In this document: piece by piece, positions 1 to 14,041 of the stretch
Position numbering within the stretch: position 1 is the stretch's first letter
Layout: every line of letters starts with the position of its first letter
Assembly: GCA_043228905.1 (NCBI GenBank)
Contig: JBHGNT010000012.1
Location: forward strand, 18,290,001-18,354,000
Length of the DNA stretch: 64,000 bases
Direction of reading: 5' to 3'
Source of the DNA: Azolla caroliniana
Lineage: Eukaryota; Plantae; Polypodiophyta
Translations under genes and position numbers: made by a program
Notes under the pieces: model-generated
What the model saw: only the letters and a program-made list of their open reading frames with translations
Databases searched by the model: none
Told to the model about the DNA's origin: nothing

Positions 1-3000
1 AAATATTGTTCATATTTGAAAAAGAATGCTTTATGATCACTTCAATAGTTACGGAAGGTAAAATTTGTGAACCCAATGGATATCTTCAACACGTTCCATC
101 TATCCGCGGTTGAATAAATACATTGATCCATCAATAAGGAAAAAACTACACAGTCTCTCAAAAAGATCATATCTGAGGGTTTGCATATATACACATAGCA
201 TTAATAATACTTCCTTGTGTTCATCTCACAAATTTTAAAACCATAAGAGCATGTGGTTACGGTGTAAAAACTAATTTTCTAAAATGATGGGGCTTCTTTA
301 ATATTGGTTCAACGAGGTGTGAATGTGCAATGAATATAGTCTAATATATATAGATATTTATATGTATTGCTTCTAAGGTGGACCAATTGCCATTATAGCA
401 TTGCTATGTACAGGATGAAAGCCGAATTATTTTCGATTTTCGATTTTCGATTTTACTCCAATAAGTAGTCTTTGCTTAGCTGGTCCCCACATCGAGACAA
501 ATTGTCAATGTACCATTGGACATTGTGTTTGTTTTTGTCTTCAATCTTAGATACTCCTTACCTGTCACCACTGGCAATGTTGTTATTCGTTTTCATGTTC
601 TTAACATCAATATATCTTAGCATTGGAACGAGTAGATAGACTTTATTGGCTTACCTACACATTGTATGAGATTTATGAGGTGAAATGTATGTTGTCACTA
701 TAAACAAGCGGGTAGGTGAAAACACAAAACATAAAGGAACTTCTTTAATATGTTATATAAGAAACTTTATACTTTTTGTTTATAGATGCACGATGATAGT
801 TTTAATCAAATCCTAAAACCTCGAAACATCTAAATATGATGATTTGGATGCAATAAGGGTTGATGTTGTGTTCATTATAAAAACTCTTCATAATCTAAGT
901 TTTAGATCATGTACAAAGACAAATATACAAAGGTTTTGCAAAGTTAAATTTGTCTTGTTTTCATACATCAAGAAAGAGTGAAAACGATAACATAGCCCAA
1001 ATGAATGGGAAGTGGAAATATACTTCTCACTAATCATGTCTATTTTATGCATTGCTAAACGTAAGTACTTGTAAAGTTGTATGTGGTATCTTTGATTTGA
1101 TAAAGTAAGGTGTTCTCATGCACTTTCATGCCTGCTATCAATGTAGCTAAGCTACTTATATTCTTATCATTGCAAGTGTTATATAATCATAATTCATATG
1201 TTATGAAAGCATGCACCTATACCATCAATCAAGTACAAGTGTGGAATTATCTCGAAATTGTGCTCTTGAAGTAATGACCAACATAATGATGCTCACATGT
1301 GAAATTTAGAAAATTGTCCTCAAATCATCTTAATCCAAGGATGTGACCAATAAGGAACATTAGATTTCTAGTATGGTTAACCCTCGAACATGTTTGGGCT
1401 AGTACAATTGTTTGGACGACGTGTGCTTTTATCAATTTATGTTATTATTGTGGTTTGATGTTAATCTCGATGGTACTTAAGGTTGATTTTATCCTAGGCA
1501 ACTTTGGTACTAAATGAGAACAAATGTAATTGCAAGAAATGTTTAAAGAATTAAATTTTACAAATACTCTCAACACTTACTATTACAAGCACCAAGAGAT
1601 GGTTAGATTACAAACAGTGTGACAAAATGTGAACTGTGAAATAAACTAGGGCTGGCCACATATGAAACTACCAAATGGGGTCAAACATGGTGTAAACAAG
1701 GAAAGACAATCATCAATGCTATTGAATGATGTGACTGCATCGTCAAGCTATTAGGATCAATCTAGAGAAGTGAAATGTGGTACAAATTAGGATATGGCAT
1801 TCACAATATAAATGAGGTTGTGCCATTGATTCAATTCCATGACACTACGACTCACAAACCATATTAAAAATTGGGTCATTGTGGAGACGTGAATGAAGAT
1901 TCATACAAGGATTGATCATTCACAATGTTACAACAATAAGAACAATCAAGAGAGCGTCAATCACAGTCAAAGATAATGAGTGATATAGGTTCAATCCCAC
2001 AACATTATCCCAAGAAAACCATACTACAAGAGATAAATTGCAATATCAATGGGATTTGAGATTGGATGGCTAGGAACAAGTCAAACAAAGTATGCTCACA
2101 TTAAAATCTATATAGAAGAATCCATCTAATCTACATTATGGTTGGTCATTTATAATATGATCGCAATTGGAACTATAAAAAGGTCAATCTACACATGGGG
2201 GGTCCCAAGTTCAAATCAACATTACTACAAGGCGACAACAAAGGCTTCAATTGAGCAAGGATAAAGTTATATGTTGCGATTACCTTGATTTGAGATTATT
2301 CCCATTTCTTTGATCCATTACATTAGGAGAACCCCGAATTTCAAGATGTAGATGCTAAACGGGAATGAGTTAATATGTAGCGACATATTAGGTGCAACAT
2401 TTGTACATGAATATGAGGCTACATTTGGTATTGAATCTCAAGGAGATAGGATTATCAAGAAAGAAGCTAGAGATAAGAGAAGCTAGGATTGATAGCAAGT
2501 CAACCTTACTAAGGGCAACTTTGTTTGATTTGCAATTAAGACAAAGGTTATTACATAGTGTGTCAAATATAAGTAAGGATATTACCCCAAGTCCCACACA
2601 TGAATTCACGAATGTTAATGAATCACAATAGGATCCATGCTCCAAGTGCCCAAGACTTGAAATGCTTGACATTGATGGCAAGATTCAAACTTAGAAAGAA
2701 ACATTATCATTTCTTGTAGCATTTTGTTTGATAATTTGGATTAGCCTGCCACTAACTCTTGTTGTTCCACTGCTACTCAAAAGTCAAGTGTGAATATCTC
2801 TTTGCTAATAATACCTATCATGCTAGGCTACATGTCCGCTCTCATCACAAGTCGGTTTGCCACTTTTCTGTGGTATTTGTGTGTGCCTGGATTTGTCGGA
2901 CAATGTTTTGTATGTCGATATGATAAACTAAACTGAAGTGGTGCATGAAATATGGAGTTAGGCGAGTGGGGATGGCACATGCTGGGGGCCAACCTTTGTT

Positions 3001-3644
3001 GCATTCCTTTTTGACATCGCTTTCATCCCATATTCTATTTTTGTAGTCTACAACCTTCTCGTGATCAGAGAGTGGCGCACGAGAATGACAAGCGGACAAA
3101 GGAGACATTGTCGCTTGAACGGAAACTTTCACAAGCATACATGGATGCTGACCCTTGGGGGAGGGGGGGTTGGTGGTGGATTCTGAGTGGGGGCATTCAT
3201 GTATTGGCCCCGAAGAGGAACTCTGTTACAAGCATGACCTTAAATGATCTTGTGGTAAGTTACCGTAGTATTCTACACACAAGGATAAAACTCTGGTCAT
3301 GCCTGTAACAAGCCGCTGCTTGTAGGGTATTTTGTGGTTTGGGGGGGGGGGGGGGTACATGCGTTCTCGTGATCAGAGTGAGGTGGTGGATTCCAAGCGG
3401 GCATTTCATGCATGGGCTCCTGAGGAGGAAGTGGCAAGTGCGGTGGGGGTATTTTGTGGTGGTTCAGGGATCATCAGAGAGACAGGACAGTCAACACGTG
3501 CGGAAAGAGATAGTGCAAATGCGGGGTTGTCATGGGGGCATGGATCGGATCGATCGATAGGAGCAAGCGGGAGAGTGTGAATCCGACCCCAGAGAGAGTG
3601 TGTGTGCTAGAGAAGCAAGGCAGGGCAGGGCAGGGCAGAACAGG

Positions 3645-3838
3645 TCTTCTTCTTACCTATTCTTCTTTCTTCTACTTCTTTCTTTCTTTCTTTCTTTCTT
3701 TCTTCTACTTCTTCTTTGTTTAGGATATGGCCAAAGCTACTATTTCAACTACATGTAGACATGAAACCATGATGACACACTCAGACACAGTCAGAGACAG
3801 AGAGAAGAGAGAGACAGAGACACACACACACACAGAGA

Positions 3839-3912
<74 letters not shown>
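3645..3912. repeat. CTT/CTTT and (GA)n/(CA)n microsatellites upstream of the DUF868 gene
   Basis: Simple repeats visible directly; long pure (GA)n run at about 3840-3912. Confidence 0.9.
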
Positions 3913-3914
<2 letters not shown>

Positions 3915-4410
3915 CACTTAGGTAATTGATTGGTAAAGCTTTTCCTCTCCTTTGGGGGATGGAGGGAGGAGGGGGGACAGTCACAGACACACAGAGAAAC
4001 AGATAGACATACAGACATACAGACAGACAGACACAGACAGAGATGCAAACCCCATTAGATCTCTGCCAAGCTCCCCCCCCCCCCCCCCCACCCCATCTCT
4101 TTCTCTCTCCTCTGCAGTAAATTACATACATTTGGCTCATACCCTTTCTCTCTCTGTCTTTGATTCTCTTTGATTTTTGTAGCTTTAGTTCCTTCCTTTC
4201 CTTCCCTTCACAAGATCCTTAGATCCCAGATCTGTTAGCCATGGCGCCTTCCCTTGCTTCTTCTTTGGCTTCTCCCAATTAGGCGCCAGTTGCTTCAAAT
4301 TTCAGAAAATCCCCCCAAAAAACGAGAACGGGCGGAAAAAAAGACAACAGGAGATCTTCTTCAAGCAGAGAAGAGAAGAGAAGAGAAGAGAAGAGAGAGA
4401 GAGAGAAACG

Positions 4411-5583
4411 ATGCCTGATGTGCTTCTTCCTTCTTGTTTCGGTGACCACCATGGATCCTCGGAAGCTTCTTCGTCAGGATCTCTGAGCAGATCATCAGCG
4501 CAAAACATGGTAACGTGTCTTTACAGGACATTGATTGATGGGGATTACAAGGTACTCTCGGTGACATGGTTCAAAACCCTAATGGGCCAAGGTCTGTTAG
4601 TTCAAGTAGATGACCCATCCTGTCAATTGGCATGCCACATAGACATGAAACCATGGTTGTTTTGGAAGAAGCAAGGAAGCAAAGCCTTCGAGACGAGGTG
4701 TGGATCTAAGCTAGAAGTGGTATGGGACCTAACCTCGGCCAAATATGGGTCAGGGCCGGAGCCGAAAGAAGGCTTCTTTGTATGCGTGGTCTGCGGTAGA
4801 AATGTGGTTCTTCTACTTGGCGATATGCGGAAAGAAGCTCTGAAGAAGGTTCTTCGAGTCCGAGGAAGAGGCGAGGAGAAAGAAGAAGGGAATCATGAAG
4901 GAGCAATTGAAGCAAAACATGAAAGGAAAGAAGAAGAAGAAGAAGAAGGAGGAGGAGGAGGAGGAGGAGGAGGAGGAGGAGTATGTAAAGCTGTACTGTT
5001 GTCGAGAAGAGAGCATATGAGCGGGCGCAGGATTTACACTACTAGGGCGAGGTTCTTCGAAACAGGCGGGACTCATGACATAGCCATTGAATGTCACACT
5101 GGCTGTGAAACTGACCCTCCCAGGCTCTCTGTCCGAGTCGACAAGAAGCTTGTGGTTCAAGTCAAGCGGCTTATGTGGAAATTCCGAGGGAATCAGACCA
5201 TTCTCATCGACGGCCTTCCGATCGAGGTCTTCTGGGATGTCCATAATTGGCTCTTCAACCCTAGCAATGGGAATGAGCATGCCATTTTCATGTTCCAAGC
5301 ATGTAAATCCAATGACAAGCCATGGATGCGAGAGGTCGGGGTATCTACTACTACTTCTGCTTCGATCGGATTGAACAACAACAACAACAACGGGAATAAT
5401 AATGGCAATAAAACCAACGATAAGATCAGAATGAGAGGTAATCATAAGGCTCGGGGTTTGTATCAAGAGAGCATGTGTACATCTGCGCTGCATTGGCCGA
5501 AGAGTCATAGTTTCAAAAGTAAGGACCCCCTCCAAGGACCTGTGGGCTTCTCTTTGTTATTGTTTGCTTGGAGGAATGAATGA
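4411..5583 (+). CDS. DUF868 family plant protein (intronless, 390 aa)
   Basis: ORF has the typical DUF868 blocks: SAQNMVTCLY, VTWFKTLMGQGL, DMKPWLFWKKQGSK, WDLTSAKYGSGPEP..GF, VKRLMWKFRGNQTILIDGLPIEVFWDVHNWLF and C-terminal GFSLLLFAWRNE. Confidence 0.92.
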   Translation: MPDVLLPSCFGDHHGSSEASSSGSLSRSSAQNMVTCLYRTLIDGDYKVLSVTWFKTLMGQGLLVQVDDPSCQLACHIDMKPWLFWKKQGSKAFETRCGSKLEVVWDLTSAKYGSGPEPKEGFFVCVVCGRNVVLLLGDMRKEALKKVLRVRGRGEEKEEGNHEGAIEAKHERKEEEEEEGGGGGGGGGGGVCKAVLLSRREHMSGRRIYTTRARFFETGGTHDIAIECHTGCETDPPRLSVRVDKKLVVQVKRLMWKFRGNQTILIDGLPIEVFWDVHNWLFNPSNGNEHAIFMFQACKSNDKPWMREVGVSTTTSASIGLNNNNNNGNNNGNKTNDKIRMRGNHKARGLYQESMCTSALHWPKSHSFKSKDPLQGPVGFSLLLFAWRNE

Positions 5584-7041
5584 ATGAATGACTGAGAGAG
5601 TTGAGTAGGGATTTGTTGTGGGCTTTGGTGTCTAAAGTTTCCATTTTCCGGAAAATCTGTAAATAGTGCGGCGTCGTGAAGAAGGTGCCCTCTTGTCTGA
5701 GAGAACATATATATTCTTTTGTAGCATTGAATGGATGGATCAGTGAAGCTTATTATAACCTTTGCTCTGAGAGGAGAAGATGAATGCCTTAACTAATCTA
5801 ATGATGCCTCGAACAAAATTCTAGGGTTACATAAACTGATCGGGTTAATGGAAGAGAAAAATGATTTTAATATACTACGCAAAAGCTTTTGTTGTAAATT
5901 AAAATGGGAAATGCACAAGTTTTCCTATGCAGGATTTCAATGCCGGCACCGCCCTGTTTTTCTTATTACAGTCTCTCTCCAATTATTAATTATGAATCCC
6001 GATGTTTTAACACAGTGGGAACCTCCCTCCCTTTTACACATTTGGAACATTGGATGGCCATTGTTAATGGGATGGATTGGTCATTAGTCCCAATTCCGTA
6101 ATTGTAACTGTATGTGTAAACTGACCATATCCATATGATTTGCTTAGAGAGCATACATATTGTTTGTGATTCCTCCATTTCTTTTTTAATTGAATAATTG
6201 AAGATGTAATAATCAATGTAGGTACACAATTCTTCTGTGCATCGATTGGTAGAAGCTCCTATACAATGAAATGGCAGTTCCAGCTTAAGATTTAAGTCTC
6301 TATTGAATGTTTACTGAATTCATGGATGTTTGGTTGTAAGTTCCTATTGATTGGTGGATATCCCTGAATTGTATTTAAGCTTAAGACCTCTACTCTTGAT
6401 TCAGTTGTGTTGTGATTGTATGCTAGCTTAATCCGGTGAAGCAACCTGATACAGTGAAGTTTTTGAAGGAGGAAATATGGCCATGGATCTCTTGTACTTG
6501 AAATTAAGTAAATACTTGGTATGCTTCTGATCCATCATGTCTTTTACATGATCATGTATTGCCAATTTATACTTGGTAATCTTAAGATTAAATCTGACAT
6601 ACTGCTCTGATTACATATAATGCACACCCACACATACTTAAGTATCTATACATGTATATCACAAGGCTTGAAGTGACGGCATGATATTCAACATGTAGGA
6701 ATGCATCCTCGGAAAGGATGGTCTTAGAATTATTGTTCTTGTACAAATATTCTTGAGCTTCAATAGTTCAGATGGTAAACAATAATTCCTCCTTGCACCA
6801 TGATATGATAACAGAATGGTTATGTTAGAAATACTCGTCATATTTGGATAATTACGGACTTTAGATTGTTTTGGGAAATGATCAATACCACCCTAAGTAG
6901 ACCGTTTAATTGTTTATCTTATTGTGGTTTACTAGTAATGGTGAAATCATCGTAGTTATTATTAGGTGAGACACTAAACTGCTCAAATTTAACAACATAT
7001 TATCGACTTCTTTTCAATATTTGATAGTTTGTTTTCCTTTT

Positions 7042-7418
7042 TAGGGATGTGGTTAATAAGATTGCGCACAACTCGATTACATTATAAAACTGAATTGAGG
7101 GATGTTAATAAGATCGCACACAAGTCAATTACAGTATGGAACTGAATTGAGGGATGTTAATAAGATTGCACACAAGTCAATTACATTATAGAACTGAATT
7201 GAGGGATGTTTATAAGATTGCACACAAGTCAATTTCATTATAAAACTGAATTGAGGGACGTTAATAAGATCACACACAAGTCAATTACATTATAAAACTG
7301 AAAAGAGGGATGTTAATAAGATTGTACATGAGTCAATTACATTATAAAACTGAATTGAGGGATGTTTATAAGATCACACACAACTCCGTTACATTGTAAA
7401 ACTGAATTGAGGAATGTT
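7042..7418. repeat. 52-bp minisatellite, about 7 copies
   Basis: Unit ~AATTGAGGGATGTTAATAAGATTGCACACAAGTCAATTACATTATAAAACTG recurs at 7093, 7145, 7197 and onward (period 52). Confidence 0.93.
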
Positions 7419-8570
7419 TTTCGTATTTTACCCTTCAAGGCTGATGGACACGCGTGTGGCACATCTGTTTTGTGATACATGAGAAACTTCAAAGTCGGGT
7501 GAAAACCCATGAAGAATCTGTACATGAGTAATGACAACACGCAATAGAGAAAACAAGTTTGATGAATGTGCGCTTCAATGTCCTAAGTTCTAACGTACAT
7601 GCTAAACATTATAATGATGGTAACGAAAAACAACAATAAGAACCAAATAATGTTGTTCTGAAGGGATCGGAAACACACCGATGCCAAATAAGTCGTGTAA
7701 ATTTAAATTGGGTTTAAGTTCCTTTGGTAGGAAGTTACAACCCTATTAGTTTTTCCAAAACGCAGAATTCGGAAATCGTAACTTTCAGATGGTGAACTTG
7801 GTTGAAGAGTTCCATTTCAACATTCCCTATGTTATGTGAATAAGCCTAATATAAAATAGCTATATTTGAGAAAGGATCAAATATAATAATACTCACTTTT
7901 TAAAGCCCATGAGAAATGAGTTGTATTTGGAAGAATATTGGATTTTCTTTTATAAATACCCGAATTTCCAAAATTGTACATGCAAAGCTATAATTTATTT
8001 TATGGTTGGTAAAGCTCATTGACTGAAATTTTATCGGAAACACCAAACAAATAGAAATTATTTACAAAGTTTAATTATACGAATAACTATACTAATATTC
8101 GGCGTAATATTGATTATCGATTTTTCTATGGACAAACCAATCATGAAAATCACATTAAGAAATATGGCTTGCCTATCCGGATCTTAGAAAAACAACTTCC
8201 TTACAAGAGCCTATTCTCCAAACAATCTAAGTATTGAATTATTGTTTGAAAGGCTTCAAAACAAGGTTTTTAAATATGAAATATAAGGTTTCCGTTTTCA
8301 AGCCCTTCAAATAGAATTCCCCTTGAAAAATGTTTGATTCACTTGTAGACTCTAATACCCATGTTTTTTGTTGGGTATGGTTTTGGGTTGCTTCTCAAAT
8401 TGAAGAACATTAACGATGAAACGTATTGAAACATGGGAATAAGACAAAGTATTCTAAACCTTCAAACTATGTATGATACAATTGGATGAATGCTCTCCAT
8501 CAAAATAATTCATTTCCAAAACAGAACTAGAAAATTACCTTGCTATCATCTCCTTGTTAACATATGTAGC

Positions 8571-9698
8571 TTTTTTTTTTCCAAAATGAAGCTACTTTCC
8601 CATTAGTTAGGAAGGGTTATTACATAGAGAGTCTACAAGGAGACTTATACACACATCGGGGAGTCTTCCTCCGATCAAGTAAAAGAAGATGAGCCTACTT
8701 ACAATGCTTTGCGGCCTAACTTAATGTAAGAAGCTACTTATATCTAAGGCGATGCCCTTCAATGTTGCCTAATACGAGTCGGCTCTTGGGGCCTACAACG
8801 AAGAGAGGGTGGCAGGTGAGTAGGAAACAGCCAATGTGGGGGCTTGTAGTTCCACCTCGGGCCACTCCCGCCTTGCATCACCATAGGTGTGTTCCGCCAT
8901 TTCTGCCAAAAGCGCAAACGGGCAGAGACCACGTCGTTGGAGTGGATGCAAACCTCTTCCAGTTGCTCTCTTAGGCAGCTGATAAGCACGAACCATATGT
9001 CCATGATCACTTCCTCTGGGGGCCGTACCGTACCTTGGAAAACCTTGAGGCAACACGCTTTCCATGTATACCACAAGGTGAAACCTGCGATCAACATCCA
9101 GATTTCTGGAAACCTAGGGGATGCGGGCTACAAGCCTCTTTCAAAGCGGAGCTTGACGATTTTGCCTCTCGTGCATACATAACACCAACTATCTGCATTG
9201 ACGGTGTATGTACACCCTTCGACCGAGTGATCAATCCATGCCGCAATGCTCCACAAGGCTGTTCCTTCAACTTCACATGCCGCAAGGAGGCGAGTCACTC
9301 TATCCCATACCTTTTGAGCTTGAGGGCAATCCCACAAACAATGTCTCAGAGTCTCAATAGGTCGAGAGCACAGTGGGCAGCCTAACGGGCCGCCACGTTT
9401 ATCTAGCCATTCGCCAACGGGCACCACATTATGACCGATCTGCCACCAAAAGAGCTTGATCTTTTCAGGTATGTGGAGACGCTAGAGACCCTTCCAAAAG
9501 GTAATGAGTGCCTCATCGGGGATGCCCAATGTTCGCCAACCATTGCAAAGGGGGCTGCCTAGCTGCAACTGCAAAGTCCAACCCAATTTAGTGGTGTAAT
9601 CGAAGAAGTGATGGAGTCTATCGTCATGTTTCCATCTGAAATCCCTTGGATCCCAATCCAAATCAACAAGGGGGCGACAACCGTATACCCTTAACCTC
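8571..9698 (-). mobile_element. 5'-truncated L1-clade LINE (3' end with zf-RVT region), poly(A) tail and 16-bp TSD
   Basis: Minus-strand peptides VPVGEWL...CPLCSRPIETLRHCLWDC (RT-associated zinc-binding motif) and LWYTWKACC..VF; poly-T at 8571-8580; TSD AACATATGTAGCTTTT at 8559-8574 and 9699-9714. Confidence 0.9.
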
Positions 9699-10929
9699 AA
9701 CATATGTAGCTTTTAGTTGCCACATTGAATACATAAGAACTGATATAGTAGGCAATTTCTTTTTAGAGTAGTAGCTTATACATATTTGAAGGTTTAGCAT
9801 GTTGCTACCTTCTTACTTTGGAAATAACACTGGCAAATGCATGCAAATATGCACATAATAGAAATGGCAGAGTAAATTAGATGCAAAGCATCCATTGAAA
9901 TATTATCATGTGGCACATGGCTCTTTTTTATATGTAATACTTGGGGCAAGATCAACTAGATTTTTATGATTTAGGGTTCCACTAGTATGTATATTCAAAT
10001 ACCAAACAATTGAAAAAATTAAGGAGGTAATTGAGATCGTTAAGGGCATTTTGAACACACCCATCTAGTTTCTTTAATGAGGTACTCTCAATTGATTGAA
10101 GTATCTTACTCACTAATGAGTTCTTATCATGCAAAGAGCTCAAGTCATTTTCTTTAGACATAAATATCTAGAGTCTACACCTTCTAGCCATTTTCAAAAT
10201 ATAATTTTGAAACTTAATTTTATGATCTTGCACAAGGAAAATTTCTAAAACTTTGTATCTATGCGGATGCATCACAATGTTTACAAGAGTGAACACCTCG
10301 AGAAATTAATTAGGCTACAAGGCCCAAGATATTCCTTTCAATGCATTTCCTTGAATGCATGAATGGCACCAACGCCTAAAATGAGAAGAGGGCATATCTC
10401 ATCATATACACAAATTGATAACATCCTCGTGGGATTCCACATACACTACATGTATTATTATTAAGGTGTTTGTAGAAAGGGGTTGGCGAACCCCAACTAC
10501 TTGATGAGGTAAACATAAAAACATATATGGAATGTAGTATGCTAGATGGGTTCATAGATTAATTATATATGCTTTAACCGTTAACCCGTGACAACATTCA
10601 TGTAACAAACATCACTTCAAATGAACCTTCATATCGATTCTTGTTGGATAAATGATAACAATGCTCATAGAGCTGCCACGTGTAATGGAGTTGAAATTTT
10701 TCGAATAGAAAGTCAATTTGTGGTTGGTTTCTACTTGAATGTATAAACCTAATGTAGGGAATATTGATGTGACAATTTTGTGTATTGGAACAAGTCAAAA
10801 TTCGTTTTTGATCATGGAGTGTTCGTCTTGAATATTGACGATTCAATATGTTCCATTACCCATGTAGCAATGACACCACATTGTGGTGTTTTTCACACAC
10901 ATTTATTAATATAATTGTGTGTTCACACA

Positions 10930-10947
10930 TACGCATGTGTGCGTGCA

Positions 10948-11008
<61 letters not shown>

Positions 11009-11021
11009 ACACACACACACA
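10930..11021. repeat. (CG)n/(CA)n alternating purine-pyrimidine microsatellite
   Basis: gcgtgcatgcgcgcgcgcacacac... visible directly. Confidence 0.9.
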
Positions 11022-11024
11022 TAA

Positions 11025-12115
11025 CTAGATAGATTTTATTAACACCTTTGAAGGTCAAATATGACCTATGAGGCCAAAGATATACATTTTCACGTTGTGC
11101 ATATGAAAGGAATAACGAATCTCAATGTTTAAGAATTTTACTAATGAATGTCACAATTGAGAGTGCACATTGTGATTGTGAGAGAAATTCGTGCAAGGAT
11201 CGGATTTGGTCGAAGATGTGCAAAAAGAATAATTGGATGTAATCAAACGAAAAACACTATATGAAGGTGTGCATAACTGATTACTCTCATCACTTGTGTC
11301 CAAACGCCCTATCTCCCATCATAGTGACTATGACATAACTCACATGGAAGCAATTCAAATAGTAAACAATGGGATGGGCTCTAATATGTATTGATGTGTG
11401 GAAGCAATGGTTCAATGAAGAACATGGTTTTGTAGCTAAGTGCTGCATATGTAGTATAATGTGTGAAGCATGAGCCTCCAAAATTTCCCATGTCCTGATA
11501 CATTAACGTTACAAAAAAGGCCTCATTCATAGAGGAACCTATTAATGCATCATGAAGCAACTCTGTTGCATCCCATCTTCCAAACAAATTTCCATATCTT
11601 GCATCCAATAAAAAACATAGAACTTTCCTTATGTGTTTTTTGAATCTTTTTGCTTGATTGTTATGCGATTCAAGGGAGTCAATGTGAGGGACTTTTTTGA
11701 ACCTTAGCCATGTATTCACAACCCCTTCATGGCTATGATCTCAATGGGAAGTGATCCTGTCTCAAGAATTAGGAGGGAGTATGACGTTTGTTTCCTAACT
11801 TGATGAAACCTTGTAAGGAGATGCTTTTGGACATTTTCAAACTCTTTCAAAGTAGACCTAGGGATGCTATCACCCCCATACTTTCACCAATAAAGAAGCA
11901 CGATTGTCATTAAAATGTCGAAAAGATATGAGGACCCAACACTTTATTTCTCCATGATTGCAGGCATTCTCAAATGCATAATATGCTCTCTTTCCCGTCT
12001 CTAGGTGGCAGGTAACACATTTATTCCATCCATAGTATGAACCATATGTGCATTCACATTCGAGAATGATAAGCACCCTCGAAGTATGGTAAATACCATA
12101 CTTTTGGATTCATTA
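11025..12115 (-). mobile_element. Decayed 3' fragment of RTEX/CR1-like non-LTR retrotransposon
   Basis: Fragmented peptides (GKRAYYAFENAC, FGRWDATELLHDA, GGSCFTHYTT) match the ORF at 50818-51687; 3' end carries a short ATCT tail next to (TG)n. Confidence 0.8.
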
Positions 12116-12867
12116 TTTACTATAAGGTAAATTTAATGAAATCATTTGCATTATTTACTTTTGAAGTTCTAAATGTTAATTTAATCATTTGCATTAGCAC
12201 AAAAGCAATATCAATATTAGAAAATTTGTTTGGTGTCTCTAAGTAGTCACCCTTTTATTAACAATCATACTTTCACAAGCCATGTACTCTTTTGGAGTTA
12301 AATGAGCTTCCAGGGAGCTATAGTAACTACTTGCTCAACTAGTGTTGTAAATATAGTAGGAAACATGATAATCATTGGGCTTTGGTGTTGTTTTTCTATA
12401 GACAATGCCACCATAAATAATTTATCTACTCCTTACCATTGACGCCTTTTCATAATTGGAGGTGCTAGTCCTATCTATTTGACTACACTATATTAATATG
12501 GATTCAAGAATCCATTAGGAATAATTTCTTTTGTGGATGAATTGCTTTTCAACTCTATCTCTACTCCTACCATTTGGTGGGTTGGGTAGCATCTTCTATT
12601 TTCTTCTCCATCTAGCTCTTCTATGCACCCAACATATTGGGATACTCTTAATGATTATATTTATAATATACCATATTCATCTATGGTAGATGACATGTGA
12701 CCATGATAATGTTAGTTGAATAATATCTAAATTTGATTAGTCTCATAATCAAATGACTATGTTGGTGATAGGCCAGGATGATTCAAACATAGACTTAGAG
12801 TTCAAGAGAATGATCTTAATGTAGCTTGCACTTGAAAATTATGGCAACAAACATATAACATATATTA

Positions 12868-13012
12868 GTACGTACATACGTACATAGATACGTACGTACA
12901 TACATACATACATACATACATACATACATACATACATACATACATACATACATACATACATACATACGTACGTACGTACGTACATACGTACATACATACA
13001 TACATACATACA

Positions 13013-13043
<31 letters not shown>

Positions 13044-13150
13044 GTACGTACGTACATACCTACATACATACATACATACATACATACATACATACATACA
13101 TGATGTATGTATGTACGTATGCACACATGTATGTATGTATATATATATAT
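12868..13150. repeat. (TACA)n/(TACG)n microsatellite that flips to (TGTA)n near 13100
   Basis: Visible directly; the MYVC-repeat ORFs are its translation. Confidence 0.92.
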
Positions 13151-14041
13151 AGATTTAAAACTTGATGAAACAAAACATCTGTATATCTATATACACATTC
13201 ATACATGTCTATCTATCGATACATACACACCTATATGTATATGTACAAGTCCTCCATCCGTTTGAATGAATGCATTACTACTTAGGGAGGCATGGGTTTT
13301 TTTCTTAATTCTTAAACATGTAAAGTAATGGCTAAGACGGTGCTTTGTAATCTACAATAATCCCAAAGTTATTGACTTGGTCTATAGACCTTTGAGATCC
13401 CTCTGTTTTTTCATTAAATTGATGTCGACAATGCGTGAGATATGATAATAGTGGGTAAGTGGATAATGTGTTTCCCATTGACTTATGCATTCGCAACTAG
13501 TCATAATGTTTAGAAAAGAGAAGGGCGACATGATAAGAATAGGCCCTATTTATTGAGTTTCGTGTATTCCTGGCTATTCTTGATGTCTGTGGTAACGAAG
13601 CTCACTTTTTAGCCATTGTGTTTTGGTAACAAGTTAAAATCTTAGAGGGAAAAAACTCACTATGAGGTGGAAACTCACAAAAGCTGTTATTATCTTTGAA
13701 TAAAGTTGTGCATATAGAACTCATATTACGTTAAACATTACTCCAAATTTACACGACCCCAACCATAACATTCTTATATGAGAAATTGGAAAATAATTTA
13801 AAAGTAGAGCATCATTGTGACTATGTATTTGAAACTCGTCTATGGATAGCCTAATGATGTGCTTGGCATTGTAAATTTGATATGTTGCATTTAGGGACTA
13901 GGTGTTGATAACTTTATCTGGTAGCAATCATGTTTTGGATGGGACCAAGGGTGACTTTGAAGGTTAAGTGGATATATTTTAAAAAATGTCCGATAAATGA
14001 AAAAAGAAAACTGTGTAGATGAAAATTGGATTGATGAACCT

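Noticed and set aside
1-2750. Possible ancient LTR-retrotransposon debris (also ~40260-41500, 47300-50400, 54900-56750)
   Set aside because: Composition suggests decayed repeats, but I found no diagnostic motif or boundary I can support by eye.
3720-4173. ORFs with SLSLSL / ERERER runs (also 12816-13126, 44739-45095, 51719-52096)
   Set aside because: Microsatellite translations.
4813-5535. 240-aa antisense ORF over DUF868
   Set aside because: Shadow frame of the real gene; no recognisable motif.
7042-7418. CRISPR-like regular repeat
   Set aside because: Units are head-to-tail with no unique spacers, there are no cas genes, and the context is eukaryotic; it is a minisatellite.
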